DNA of 58,813 nucleotides, counting the filler, from Sphacelaria rigidula (Eukaryota): NCBI GenBank assembly GCA_964200075.2. It is 9 parts of 9 records of this genome, joined end to end, with 100 filler letters (N's around TTAATTAATTAA, not from the genome) between each part and the next. Parts side by side here need not be neighbours in the genome. Positions count along the whole stretch, not along the records: positions 19,639 to 26,084 come from CAXNAA020020022.1; positions 26,185 to 32,630 come from CAXNAA020020023.1; positions 32,731 to 39,176 come from CAXNAA020020024.1; 6 more parts are not named here. One strand, given 5' to 3'. Positions 24,342-37,335 of the stretch are shown here, one piece after another. The notes under the pieces are model-generated. The model had not been told where the DNA came from. It was given only the letters and a program-made list of their open reading frames with translations, and ran no database searches. Each line of letters starts with the position of its first letter. Positions within the stretch are counted from its first letter, which is position 1. The position numbers and the translations under genes were made by a program.

Positions 24342-24870
24342 GCGCATTTTTTGCGTAGGGACGCCGCAGCAACAAAATAGAATTCAACAGGGAGCTCGAC
24401 TAGATGCACACGAAGATGGACACCAGCGGCGATAATATGTCAGGCCGACTTTGCGTGGTATCAATGAGGGTCCGAAGTATAGGGTTGCGGTGAGGTAGCC
24501 ACGTGCAAGCAAGTTTTGGCTACTCAGCTAAGTGTAGACTAGACCGCACTGCTGAGCAGAGTCTCAGCCGCCAATCCTTCGGGAAAGAAATATAAACGTT
24601 GACAATCCTGGCTAAAAACAAGAACGAGCTGCAGGAACATCATGTGGGGGCTGAAAGAAAACACAGACCAGTCACTGAACCATCGATCATTTCCAAAGCA
24701 TGCTAGTGTGTGGATACCTCGTCCCAACCCTTTTCTTCGGACCCTCATTGATACCACGCAAAGTCGGCCCGAGATATCCTCGCCGCTGGTGTCCATCTTC
24801 GTGTCCATCTAGTCGAGCTCGTTGTTGTTTTCTATTTTGTTGCTGCAGCGTCCCTGCGCAAAAGATGTGA
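24342..24870. mobile_element. Foldback element with inverted arms of about 180 bp
   Basis: gagctcgactagatg...gatggacaccagcggcga...gccgactttgcgtggtatcaatgagggtccgaag is mirrored at 24692-24870. Confidence 0.8.
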
Positions 24871-24959
24871 CCATCCAAAATTTGTATACGTTAAGCAGCG
24901 CAAAGGCGACCAAGCGTAGACCCTTCGCCACCCTTGCTGGCGGCGCTTTCTCGAATACA

Positions 24960-25336
24960 GCGTGTGTGTCGTGTGTGTGTGCTGTCATCCCATTCATTCT
25001 GGACGCCAGTCTGCACCACTCGGTGTATGTGGGCGTATCAGCGTGGGTCGCACAGGAGAAAGGCCAAGACAGTGATTTTCCCTTTTTATTTCTTCATCAG
25101 TACTCCAGCTTCCTTCTGCGGTGCTTGCCTTTATTTGTTTTCGCGAGAGGAGTTCAGCAATCCCCTTCCCCCGTTTACCGTGAAGTCAAGTTTTATGTAC
25201 CCACGGCATCGTTGCTCTCCACTGTTGGGTGCTGTGCGGAAACAAATCCCAGATCGTGTGATTGCACCAAGATTGAAACCCACGACCCAACCGTCAGAAG
25301 GCTTCGAGGATACCAACTGAGCCACCGGGTCGACCG
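24960..25336 (-). mobile_element. Full-length tRNA-derived SINE with a (CA)n-like tail
   Basis: Minus strand cggtcgacccggtggctcagttggt...ctcgcgaaaa...gactggcgtccagaatgaatgggatgacagcacacac; tail also at 6680-6780; heads at 52369-52426(-) and 58609. Confidence 0.8.
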
Positions 25337-27654
25337 ACCTCGGATTACGATAACTTGTTGTTCATCTTGAGTTCGTAAGATGACTCTCGCTGCACCCACC
25401 CCCCCCCCCCCCCCGATCACTCCCCCCCCCGTGTTTGGCGCGCGGACGAAATGCACAAATCAGGGCATGACCTACATGCTTTTCTTGGCAGCAGGATGGC
25501 TTGTTCTGCTCGCTGAGTACTTCGTGCTAGCGAAGAGGGCTACCGTTCGTCCTCAACCGTGAGTAAATGGTCAGGGATAGGGTAGGCACTTCCGGAGGGA
25601 CGGGGGGTGCTGGCAGTTTGATTTTACTTGCTTGTTCAACACGGAGAGATGGTCGGTGCCGTTGGCCGCAAAGACAGGAAGTACAGTACACTATGAATAT
25701 GGCGATGCCAATACCACTCTTCCGCTGATTACGTCTCGTGCTGATTCCTACGTCCGGTAACAGAAACTGCACGCGCAACAGGAGTGTCGAAACGTCGCAC
25801 TGTTGAGGACGCGATGATAGGTTACCTGCGGCGTATGTGCTGTCTCATTTGTCCATTTGATGTTCGTCGTACTGTCACCCGGCCCCCCTTCCTCCGGACG
25901 GGCTGGTAGTTCCGAATGATCGATGTCTCGATCTTTCCCTCGGTCCCCACATAATAAAGTATCACCGAGCATGGGATCAGCATTGCACCAAGTCCGACAT
26001 CAAATACTCCAAAGATGGTATAAATACTTCAAAATATGGTCGGAGTACCCAGGGGGTAGGGTACAAAGCAGGGTATGGGAGGGGNNNNNNNNNNNNNNNN
26101 NNNNNNNNNNNNNNNNNNNNNNNNNNNNTTAATTAATTAANNNNNNNNNNNNNNNNNNNNNNNNNNNNNNNNNNNNNNNNNNNNCCGCACTTTTGAACTC
26201 TGCTTGCGTACTGTTTGTTCTCTGTTCTCGCAATACCGACTGTGCCATCATGTACTACCACAAGGCATGATCATGTACTGTACTGATGACGTGTCCTACA
26301 CTGGATTACCCTAGGGTATCATGGTACGACACTGTACTCGAAGTATTGTTTACCGCCTGCCTACTCTTCGACTTCATGCACGAGAACGCAGTACCACACT
26401 CATACAAAAAATGACCGTCTGTGTACGGAACCGTTTCACAAATCTGTGATACTGTACTGTACCGCCTGTGCCATAAAATGGTCCCCCGATTTTGAGTTCA
26501 CGAATTTGAGTCCCCCCGATTTTTTCAAAATCGGGGTCCCAAAAAATCGAGATTCGTTTGCCATAAAAGTGGGTCCCAGTTAATGTGCGACAATCGATCA
26601 ACCCGTCAAATCCTCTTTCCGTCGTCATGCATGGGAACCAGACACAACAACCACGGAGCCCCAGGCTCAAAACATTCGAGCTTCGGCGTATGGTCCCCGA
26701 CTGATGCAGCGGGTATCTCACGATGACTCAAATGGTCTCCCATGACAAGTCTCCACCCAATCACCCGATTCGTTTGAGAGATAATGAATCACCAATAACC
26801 TGTTCCTCTTGAGCAGAGGAAACTCCTGTGATTCACCCAGATGGATCCACAACTTGACGGTTAGGACGAATCATGGTTCATACGATGAGATGACGGGATT
26901 CAACCATATGCCCGACTGTTGGTGCCGCATGCACCCGACGATGAAAACATATCCAGTGCAGTCATCTAAACCGTAACTGTACAGATTGAAAGAGAAGTAC
27001 GCCTGATGCAAGGCCCATGAAATGAGAAGATTCAACGATGTGCCGACTCTTCGTCCCGCACGAGTCATACGCATGGCATTGATGTACATGCCATTCACGC
27101 GTCATGGTAAGTGTGGGTGGCATGTTCAATCGATTCATTCAAATTGCAGTACAGGGGATGAAAATGTGCCCATGATTTACCGCGTATGTCAAAAGGTAGG
27201 AAACAGGTACCGTTGACGGTGTACTGCACGACTCAAGAGCTCAAAATCCGTATCAACTACAAATGATGGAACATGAGTTGAGTCACGATTTGATCCGTTC
27301 TAATCGTGCACAACTTGGTCGGGGGTTCTCGGGGGGGTTCATTTTTCACGTACCAGGTACTCATGCACACCCGAAATACACACCACCCTAAGCAGCACTG
27401 TTGTCTGTCTCAACGCATTTAATAATTAAGCGTAACTGACTGAGATTTATTCAGTGTTCCTGCTCCTGATGTTTTGGAATTTCTTTCCTAAAGGTGACAT
27501 GACACCTCACTTCGAGCGCCAGCGCTCGTTTCAGTACAGTGTTTTCGGCAGACAGTTCCGCGACACAAGTGCAGATGTGCACACCATATTGTACTTTACG
27601 AGAGCCTACGCTCGCAAGAGTAGGGTGGTTAGTGCACTGCACTGAGGTTGACAG

Positions 27655-27789
27655 GGGCTTTGCGTGGGTTCGACCCCCGCACTTGCCTTGAGCAAAGCTT
27701 CCGAACGCTCGAGGCGCCTGCCTTAAATGACTGCCGCGAGGCGGTCTACTCGAGCCTCCGGGTAATCGGTACACAAACCCACTTGCGGG
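27655..27789 (+). CDS. Isolated internal exon of an unknown protein
   Basis: ttgacag| acceptor, 135-nt open frame GALRGFDPRTCLEQSFRTLEAPALNDCREAVYSSLRVIGTQTHLR, donor gtaagt. Confidence 0.45.
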
Positions 27790-27892
27790 GTAAGTATGGG
27801 TTGAAGTTTCCATACGTCGGACGAGCAGGAGTATGACTCGTGGCACGCGCGCTCGTTGGGCTACTCGTTGGCCGTTTTTGGAGGTCTTGAAG

Positions 27893-28100
27893 CACTCGAG
27901 TCATTGGTCATTGCGGAAAAATCTACAGGACGAGTACTCCAGTCATTGGTCATTGTGGAAAAATCAATAGGACGAGTACTCCAGTCATTAGTCATTGTGG
28001 AAAAATCAATAGGACCAATACTCGAGTCTACATCGCTCGCTATAGAAAATTAAGGGGACGAGTACTCGAGTCATTATTGCTCGTTGTGGAAAATATCAGT
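27893..28100. repeat. Minisatellite with a 42-bp unit, about 4 copies
   Basis: gtactccagtcattggtcattgtggaaaaatcaataggacga repeated. Confidence 0.85.
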
Positions 28101-29754
28101 AGGGTGAGCACACGAGACATTGCTTGTGGTGAGTGACTCGAGTCGAGGAGTCAGCAATCGGACGAGTAATGATGATACTGAGCTCCTCGACGATCTTGGA
28201 CCTAAATTTTTCAAGTTAATTTGCATATCCGCACATGTACAAGTGTCAAGCTCACCATAGGCCCTCACCCTCACCCCCGGTCAGTCCGCACCCGTCCCAA
28301 TAGGGTTAACATGACGACGACGACGACGATGATGACAACAACAGCAACAACCCGTGATGTCCATCCCGCGCATGCATATGACAAGTATATGTCCACCTAT
28401 GATTGTTTTGGTTCAAGTCTGCTTTCTTCAGACGAAGACGACTCGAACCTCCGCAACAAACGAGAGGCTGCTGCGTCAGAGTCGCCAATCGGAGAGCTAT
28501 AGGACCCCTCAACACTGCAACCAGCAGCAGCTCGCGAGGCATCCAGGATGGAAATGACCGAGATAATGGCCCGGGCCGCTTTGTACCCGACTAGCGATGA
28601 ATGGGCGGAAGATGGGCTAACAAGAAAAATGATTAACCCGTTTTTCCCCTATCGATTGTTGAGTTTGTCCTCGAGTTTGTCTTTTGTCGGTCATTTTGTG
28701 GTGTTTCCTGGTTTGTGTCCTTGTACCTGCTTTTCTGTACCGTGTCCTCGGGCCTCATGACTTATGTAGTCTTCTCCATTCTCTCTCTCTCCTCATTTCT
28801 CCTTCTCATGTTTGTATTTTTCCCTCCCGGTGTACGAGTTTGTAAGTCGTAGCTTGTGGCCTTCCTTCTGTAGGGATCATGAGTGAGAGCTCAGGGCGCG
28901 TTTTGTTCGCACATTTTTTTTCGATCGGAAAAGTGTTCTGGGATCAAAGAAAAAAATCTGATAGGCCCACCGCATTTCTGTCCCTAGCTGGCTCCAACTA
29001 TTTTTTATAGATAGTGGCGCGCGGACAAGATAAGTAAGGAACAATTGAGCGAAGAGCTAATATTTTTCGATCGGAGATATGCAGAGGGAAGACACGAAGG
29101 GGCACTTGGCTCCTACCACGCCAGATACCACCCGTTCACAGAATCATACAAACCCCACACAACTCATACTCAGCCACCACCGCAACCCTGCAGCATAGAG
29201 CACGAGTTGAGCACAGGGATAGATACGCTGCAGTAATTTGACATGTTCATTTTTTTATGGCGAAAAGTTGAGCATCTTGTTTCGTGGTGGGGAAGGCGAC
29301 CGACTCGCGTGCACGCTCATGGATAGTTCACGCAGCACAAATCTGCACGTTGTTCAAGCCCTGTCGACGTTGCACTGTAAGCAGAGAGTATAGACAAATC
29401 TCGTGCTGTCTGTACTGCACGTTGCCGGCTTATTTTTCGCATCCTTGTGTACAGAACAATCACACTCACACACACACACACAGACTGCATGCAAGCAGTG
29501 CAGACAGTAAGTACTGCCTGTGCTGCAGGCAAGCAAACAAGTACCGCTTCACTAACTCCAGTCTTTTTTCAATCGAAAGCTTGCGAACTCGCTTGGATCC
29601 GACTCGCCAAAAACGAGCGAATTCGCTCAAATCAACTCCACCGCGTTTTGTTTTCGATCGACAATGTGCGACGGAAAAAGAAAATACCTCATCAGGCAGA
29701 TTGTGGTTTCACCTATCGTCATTCGTGTCGACATCATGACCTATAACAGTGCTT

Positions 29755-30036
29755 TGGTGAGATTGAGAATACAGGATACGATTAAGAGTGAAAAGCGGTC
29801 AGTTGGTGAATGAATCGTTTCGGTTGCGAAATGCCCCTGCCCGAGGTCCAATTTGCTTTCCGTAGTAGCTTGGCACTGAGGCCCTTGATATCTCTGAGTA
29901 GGATATCAACGTGTAGCTGTAAGCACACGCCAGTGATGGAGGCAAAGAAGAGCACACAGGGAATGCAAAATTGGCTAAGTCACAGCGAATTGTCAAAGCC
30001 ACTCTCAGTCAGCGCTCTACTCTCAATCTTCCGAAA
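29755..30036 (+). mobile_element. TIR-bounded MITE of about 270 bp (copies at 30412-30670 and 50938-51190)
   Basis: gtgagattgagaatacaggatacgatt.agagtg... / ...cactctcagtcagcgctctactctcaatct; shared core ggatatcgacgtgtagct. Confidence 0.7.
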
Positions 30037-32028
30037 ACGTTGCTCTTTGTGATTGGATTTTGTTATTTGCACCGCATTTGCTCGATCAAAAAGCTATTGC
30101 TGAGATACGGCCGAAGACACGCGCTCAAACCCAAAATAGTGTAGCCTAAATCGGTGAGCCGCACTCTGTCCCCATCGCTTTTTGTTGATATTTCTCGGTC
30201 GGGTATGACTGCATGTGCTGTTACGCAAGTCCTTCATCACCTGAAGCCATGCTGCGAGGCTGACCATTTCTAGTTTTTCTCTCTTTTTTTTTCCAGCCTA
30301 CTCCTGTGTCTTTTTCCACCGTTAACAGGCCTATCGATGGCGAGTTATCTTTATCCATTGTAATTGCCATAGGCTATCGATCGACTATTGCAACAACATT
30401 AAATAATGTTTTCGTGAGATTGAGAGAATAGGATACGATTGAGAGCGAGAAGTGGCTATATTATTGAATGAATCGTTTCAGTTCCGAAATGATTCTCCAC
30501 GAGGCCCGACACGCTTGATGTCCCTGGGTATGATATCGACGTGTAGCTGTGAGCACACGCCAGTGTTACAGGCAACGAAAAAAAGGTACTCACAAAATGA
30601 AAAACTGGTCAAGTTAGAGAGAAGGATAAAAACCACTCTCAATCAACGCTTCACTCTCAATCTCACGGAATTATTGTTCATTCTGGTTTCTTCACTTTTC
30701 CTCAGCGGTTATTTCCGTTTTGTGTTATCTCGGGTACGTCTATCATGTGGATAATGACCAAGGGTGGATTCCTGGAGGATCAGTCAATGTGCGCCATAAT
30801 CAATCCATCCATATCACCCACTTACTCCCAATAACACCCCCTCGACTCGCGTATTTTGAGGCTTTCGGTGTGGTCAAAGCTGCCGTTTTTTTCACATTTT
30901 TCAGGTGTCTATGGTACACCAGAGGGGTCCGGCGGCTGAAAGGTTAACTGTCATCTGAACCCAAAGAAATCATTTTGAAGAAATGTATTTGATGGTTTAT
31001 GCCCCGTGATATCTAGCCTCTACCCTGTGATCGTTAGCGTCTACCCTGCGATCGGTAGCTGCTTAGCGTTAATCACAAGGCGTTCATCGCCAACTGATTT
31101 TTTCAAAATTATTGATTGGGGTTCCGTTGACCCCTCGACCACCAGGGTCGGCCATCTGTTGAATCGGCATCGTATTCTCTTCAAATGTGACTGATACCAC
31201 CAGCAACATTTCGGAACAATATCGTCGGCTGACAGTCCAGGGGTTTCTACGGGGGAAGGGGCATGCGGATTCCTCGATCGTCAGAGAACCCTTCCCAGAT
31301 CAACCATACTTTCTCTCGGGAAATTTCTAGATTCACTGTGTTCGTTCTCCCACATATCTCCCAATGCCGTCCGCCTGGTGCTGACGCTGTGCGTCGTCAT
31401 TTGAGCAACGGCCACTCAACCATTCAAAAAACCCACACGAGGAAGGAATTTGTGCTCCATGCTGTTTGTTCTCTCTGCATTTAGTCTTTGCCGCTCACCT
31501 ACCCCTCTCCTTTCTTGTAAAGAGCTGCGCGCTGCCGTCGTACTCGTAGAGCACGGAGCAGGGACACTAGAGACAGCGTGTACTGTACGGTGTGCACTTG
31601 AGAGCAAAGAGAACAACTGCACGGTAACATTCATGCCGTTTGTTGTATTTGGCGGTTGGTGACGATGCAAGAGCGTATCATGTACGGTATATAGCACCAG
31701 CACGATGGAGTTTTGTGGCATGCAGCCGTGCAACATTGAAACATGTGGGGGAGGTGCGCCAGGACTGCCCTGAAAAGGACCAAGACGGCTTCGCAAAGGA
31801 AGAGAGTATCCTGTTTGCTTACACACCCCAAAAGCAGCGATAGGCCAGCGTGCACCACTCACTTCACGCCTGACATGTCGCCAATCGCCAACTCGGCCAA
31901 ACGAGACATGCGCAGGTCAGACAGCTCATGAGCTACCTCAAAACAACTAAATCCAAGAAGACTCTGGGATCCCTTGTACCCCCCCAAAACACAACACGTG
32001 ACGGCAGGATCCGAGGATCCAAGAGGGT

Positions 32029-32240
32029 ACCTTTGCGGTACTCGGCGTGCTCGGCGTCCAGCGCCGTAGGAACAAAATATGGAGAGAAAAAAAGGCCCCA
32101 ATTAGCTAGCTCATGATCCGGATCAGTACACCAATAAGGAGTAATGTTGAGGTAGCTCATGAGCTGTCCGGCGTCTGGAAACTTGAGCCCACGTGGCTTG
32201 GTCGGAAAAACGGTCAGTGGTGAGGCCGTGACTTCTCGGG
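32029..32240 (-). CDS. Possible exon of an unknown, perhaps TE-associated, gene
   Basis: Acceptor ttttttccag, frame REVTASPLTVFPTKPRGLKFPDAGQLMSYLNITPYWCTDPDHELANWGLFFSPYFVPTALDAEHAEYRK, donor gtacc; further donor-bounded frames end near 31863 and 31499. Confidence 0.3.
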
Positions 32241-33084
32241 CTGGAAAAAACTAAACAAAACGGCACAGAGCAAAAGCAAGCGTCCAAAAGCAGCATGTGT
32301 GATTGGTCATCCCCCAGCGTGATGTCGCGGCGATCCATGGGCATGCTGTTTTTTTACGCTTGCGTTGACTCTCAGCTGTTTCTGTTTTTTCAGCCCTTGG
32401 ACAGTGCCCCGCGCCTAAAAAGGATGCGTGGTCAATGGTCAAAACGACTAAGGCAAGCAACAAATAAGCACCCCCCCTTAAGATAGGCCCTTGTCCTGCG
32501 CTCATCTCCATACAAACGCTCAATATTCACCTGTTGATGTAGATAGATAGGCGTGTTGCGCCACATGGAAAACAACAGCTCCGAAGCTGAAATTGACCTA
32601 GGCGGTATTGGACCATCCGGGGGGGGGGGGNNNNNNNNNNNNNNNNNNNNNNNNNNNNNNNNNNNNNNNNNNNNTTAATTAATTAANNNNNNNNNNNNNN
32701 NNNNNNNNNNNNNNNNNNNNNNNNNNNNNNCATATGAAAGTCATTTGTCATGAATTTATGTCAGGGAAAGCACGACTTTTGAGTTGAACCTCATTTTGTT
32801 TTCAATCCCATTTTCGAAAATTGGCTGTTGTATGTTCACGACATGAGCAGTCCGTGGGCACCACCGTCGGTATGCGCGCTTCGTTCGGACGAAAATGAGG
32901 TGACCCAAACGATCGTCGCACAGCAATATCTACTCTTGCGTTGTACCCAGCAGCAGGGAACTGAAAGTACGGAAACGCGTAGTCAAGACGGAAGAGGTAA
33001 CTGCAATCTTGATGCATACGTAGGAAGAAAGCTGTTGAACTCAGCTCCTCTTCGTCCGCTTCTTGTGGGTATCAAAAAGTCTCC

Positions 33085-33505
33085 CAGAAAAACGCAATTT
33101 TTGGCGGCTTGCCGCCAACATGTTCGCCCGAGAAGGAGGATGGGTGGATTGTGCCACCTCGAAAATGCTTGCTGTACTCTCTGCGAGGGTTCCGACGCAC
33201 CTTTCCGATCCCTTGTACGCCCCGTTCGACTTTGGTCAGATTAGCGTTTCCTCAGACAAATCAAACAGGTGCCAAACTTCTGTGAGGTTCTCTGCGTTTA
33301 TCGGAAGAACTCGAAGAATGCTTGTGATTTGTCAAAGGAAACGGTAGTCTGACTACAAGTAAAACTGGACGTACAGGGGATCGGGAAGGTGCGCCGGAAC
33401 CCTCGCAGAGAGTACAGCAAGCATTTCCGAGGTGGCACAATCCATCGATCCTCCTTCTGGGGCAAACATGTTGGCGGCAAACCGCCAAAAAATGCGTTTT
33501 TCAGG
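33085..33505. mobile_element. Foldback/MITE with inverted arms of about 180 bp
   Basis: gccgccaacatgtt.gccc.agaaggaggat...tgcttgctgtactctctgcgagggttccg is mirrored at 33320-33505. Confidence 0.85.
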
Positions 33506-33599
33506 TAAATCTCAAGCCAATACGGAACGGACTTGAGGGATTACCTGAACTGCGTAGTTGCCCGCCGGAAGACACCCCACGCCTCACAGGAGGGGGCAA

Positions 33600-36500
33600 A
33601 TTCGAGATCGGGTTTGTGTGTTATGGTATTTGGAGGGACGGGTCTCGACGAGGTACAGTCATCTGTATGGCGTACATGAATACTTATTTGAGGCGCTCGG
33701 ATTAAAACCGACGTTAGGATATGGATATTTGGGAATTAACCGTTGCACGACGTGAGTTTCCTGGGCAGAATGAGATTGGTGTTCCGAATTGTGTGCACCG
33801 GTTGATTAAGGGATTCATATTGCACGGTTGAATGGGTCTGTTTACATATTGCATGTTCATGTGCACAGCGGACAGTATTCCCGGAATGTTCCTCGTTCTG
33901 GGATTGACGGTACGATGCACGGGGTATTTAGATGGTACAGACGGACCGTTAGGTGTGCTTATGGGTCTGCAACGTTCCTATTTTATGGTGCCTGCACTTT
34001 CGCTCATTTGGTTCTTGTTTCATGACTATGTGTGCATTATAAATCTTGGCGTGGGGTGTATTAAGCAACCCACTCCCCTTTGTGTTTACTGTCTGTGGTT
34101 TCTTTCGAATAATCAACACTGGTCTGCTCTTGCTACGAGCACCACGTGAGTCCTGCTGGTAAGCCGTGGTTAGGGGACTATTGATTTCTGGTTAGTAACT
34201 GCATAATACACGTGGATATCCATACTCGTGTTGACAGCAACTGGATTTGGGTGGGCTGCTTGTTACACAGCGCTGTATTCGCGTTGGATCAGCAGAGCTT
34301 GAGCCTCTGGTCGTGCGAACATCAGGACAAAGGCTTAGTGTGGATTCCTTCCTCAGATAGTGGGGGTACTGCATCGAATCTCTCAAAATGTGCGTAAAGT
34401 ATTTTATTGAGTCGTGTCCTGTAGAGTGGGTTCAACCTGCGTTTTGATAAATGTTGACGATGTTGCTACACGGCCCCGAACACTGGGGGAAAGGAGGGAG
34501 CAGGAGCGACTCTGAATAAAGATAGAAAATCGCCCCTTGGATGAGGGATACAATATCCGTATGAGATGTTGTGGGGGATTCGTGCGTGTTAGGGGTGCTA
34601 TCGTCCAGGAATCAAGAGCGTGCGCATATATTGATAAGGTGGTGGGATCCAGGCCGAAGCGGCCTCGTCAGAAGATGGTTGACTTCGCATCACATGTGGT
34701 TGGTATTTCGGTTGCTTGTTGCAAGAGGACGATGACGGTAGGTCGATGCGAGGCCATCTGGGCATGGTGCGGTTTTAGTCGTGGACAGCTCCATAGTTGA
34801 GTAACTAGGAACTTTTTTCTCTATTTGGTGAAAAGTATGGATCCCTTCGAGATAGCTCTATGTTTAATTGAAGGATGGATGCACAAGCAAGATGATGTTC
34901 TGTTTATCTTCATGTTTCAAGGATATTGTAGGCGAGCAGGATACTTTTTTACCAGGAAAAATCATGTTGTTTGCTCAAGGTAGTCGTTTCTGACCTTCAA
35001 ATACTACTATGAAAAAGGGGGAGGGAAGAAAAAATGCAGTGGGAATGTCACAAAACTGAGAATCGTGGGCTAGTAGATGAGGCCAGCTTGCCTTTGAACA
35101 GCAGGGGCATCGAGTCAGGTCCGAGGGGTGGCGTCACTGAAAAATTTGACGCAAGCGAAGTGACGGTAGCTTTGGAGAATCGTGGACAGCGACGAACAAT
35201 CACTGTCACGAAACCTTTTCCAAAGTTACCTCCGCCTCGCGTGCATCGGTTGTCTAACGGGCGGTAGCTCTCGTGCATGGCGTTGGGCGCGGTTTTGAAG
35301 CCATCGATTTGCACTCAGTTTTGTAGTGGTAAATGCGTCGGTGGGGGGTCTCCGTGTCCCGAAACAATCACACAACCGATGGATGATCGCCTACTGTCGT
35401 GCGTGCACGGTCGACGGAGGAACACCCCCCGCGAGCCATCTGGTAGGCTGCCTTTTGAAGAAAGAGCAGGGCAATTTCGACGAGGTTTTTAGTGAACGTG
35501 CGAGGGCACAGGCGTACTCAAAGGGAGTTTATGCAGAGAGTTTCGAAGTCGGCTATTTGTTCGTTAGACGCGTACCCGTCATGTGAAGATTTCCTGCAGC
35601 AGTTCGTCTGGGTTTGGGTCTAGGACTTGGTTCCGCACCGGAGGAACTGCAAGAACAGCGAGGAAAATAAGGGGCTGTATTCATGACCTTACATGCCGTA
35701 GTCGCATGACCATTGACTTCGCATCCCTACAAAGCCGGGAGAAGCACGCTGGGTTTTCGCACGACCGGGCTCGCACTCAATCCCCAAGCACGATGCACCG
35801 TGATGTGTTTGGCGAGTCGCACGAAGGGTGAGCTGCATCTTGCTAAGATTGTTTGGTCCGAAGCATACTATTTATCTTGCGTATGGATGACAACCTGTAA
35901 TTCACGACTGCTTTCTATGCCCATTCACGATTGCTTTCTATGCCCATTTGACCACTTTTGCGACTTCATCTTCTTACAGCAAATGACAAACATATACTAT
36001 AAATATTGATGTTTCTGTTCAGGATGGTCGATGAGTGTACCCCCACAGCCGACGGATAGAGGCTATTGTTAGTAGTGCCTAGCAGATAGCTGGGCTCGGC
36101 TAACCGCGAAGGACTGTTGTCCACCTGAGTCCATATATGTATGCCAGTATAACGCTTTGGGATATGATGTACACGCACAGAAATATGTACATATAAATGC
36201 CCCCCCAGTATACATCATCACAAGACTTGATATGTCAGTTATATCCCCTGTTCGTCGGATCGGAAATGTTGGGATACCGGAGTGCACCAATTGAACCATC
36301 TCCTTTAGTTGTGCCGCAGGATACTCTATGCCACACTCCTTCCAGTACATAGTGATCTGAAGAAAATCTTCACGTTTTCTTCGTGGCGTCGATTCAAAAG
36401 CAGGAATCCATGCGATTTCGTCACCAGCTAAAGAATGCGGTGCGCTGCCACTTGTTTCTTGTTCAGAATAACCGGAGGGGGGGGAGGGGTAGGGAGGAGT

Positions 36501-37080
36501 ATCCAAACCCCTGGCGCGTGCATGCCCGCTCATTTCCCCCATCGCTCTCGCTAACTTACTCTTTGTCAAAAGAATTGTTGCGTAGTGTCCGTTTCTCGTG
36601 CTCTGGTGTGAGTGGTTTGAGTGAGGATCGCTGGGGAAACGTGTAGGGAGGGCTAGGCCCCATACAGAATACTTCATAAATTTGCGCCCAGTGATTTCCC
36701 ATCGGTGGAGCTACTCGTGGAACATGAAGATCTTCCGTGATAGACAGACAATGTCTGAAACACCTTCGGCATTCAGTCATCCTACGACAGGGGGAAAGAT
36801 GGGGCCGTTTCTTTCGCGAAATCCCACTTCTAATCGTCGTTAAAAGCAGCAAAGGTTGTTCGAACGCGCTTGATACCGATTGGATACATTCTTTCATGCT
36901 TCTACTTGACACCGTTATCGCCAAAATACAAGCGCACCGCGAGTTTGTTAGGTCGTCTGATACACCTATGAGACCTTTCAATAGTGGAAGCACCTCCCAC
37001 CCCCCCTATCATACGAGCCTGTTCCGGCGAAAACTCGGCGTGCTCCGTCCTGGCTTTGTAGGGTTACGAGGTCAATGATC
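33600..37080 (-). mobile_element. Possible ancient non-LTR retrotransposon relic
   Basis: Long complex sequence with only broken frames and a PPLGPDS (APGPDG-like) motif near 35120; family assignment is weak. Confidence 0.2.
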
Positions 37081-37135
37081 ATATGACTACGGCATGCAAG
37101 ATTGTCAGTACAGCCCCCCTATCGTAGTGTAATGC

Positions 37136-37335
37136 GTGATCGGACCGCGTGCTTTTTAGACCGCATCGGAGTTTCAGCACCCGTACGGTTAGAGTTAGGG
37201 TTATGTTAGCCTTAGTGCTGGGGTTGAGGCCAGGGACGCGGTCCCTGCAGGAACTGGCCCGAGCGGTCTTGAAAAACGTCGCTCCCGGGGTGTTTTGAAC
37301 TCCGATGCGGTCCGAAAAGCACGCGGTCCGCTCAT
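37136..37335. mobile_element. MITE with TIRs of about 48 bp and internal telomere-like repeats
   Basis: cggaccgcgtgctttttagaccgcatcggagtt / aactccgatgcggtccgaaaagcacgcggtccg; inside ggttagagttagggttatgttag. Confidence 0.75.

Noticed and set aside
25495..25559. Third exon of the gene starting at 20184
   Set aside because: Good splice sites, but its only open frame is phase-incompatible with exon 2; left uncalled
27893..28100. 42-bp repeats as a CRISPR array
   Set aside because: Head-to-tail units with no unique spacers, no cas genes, eukaryotic context
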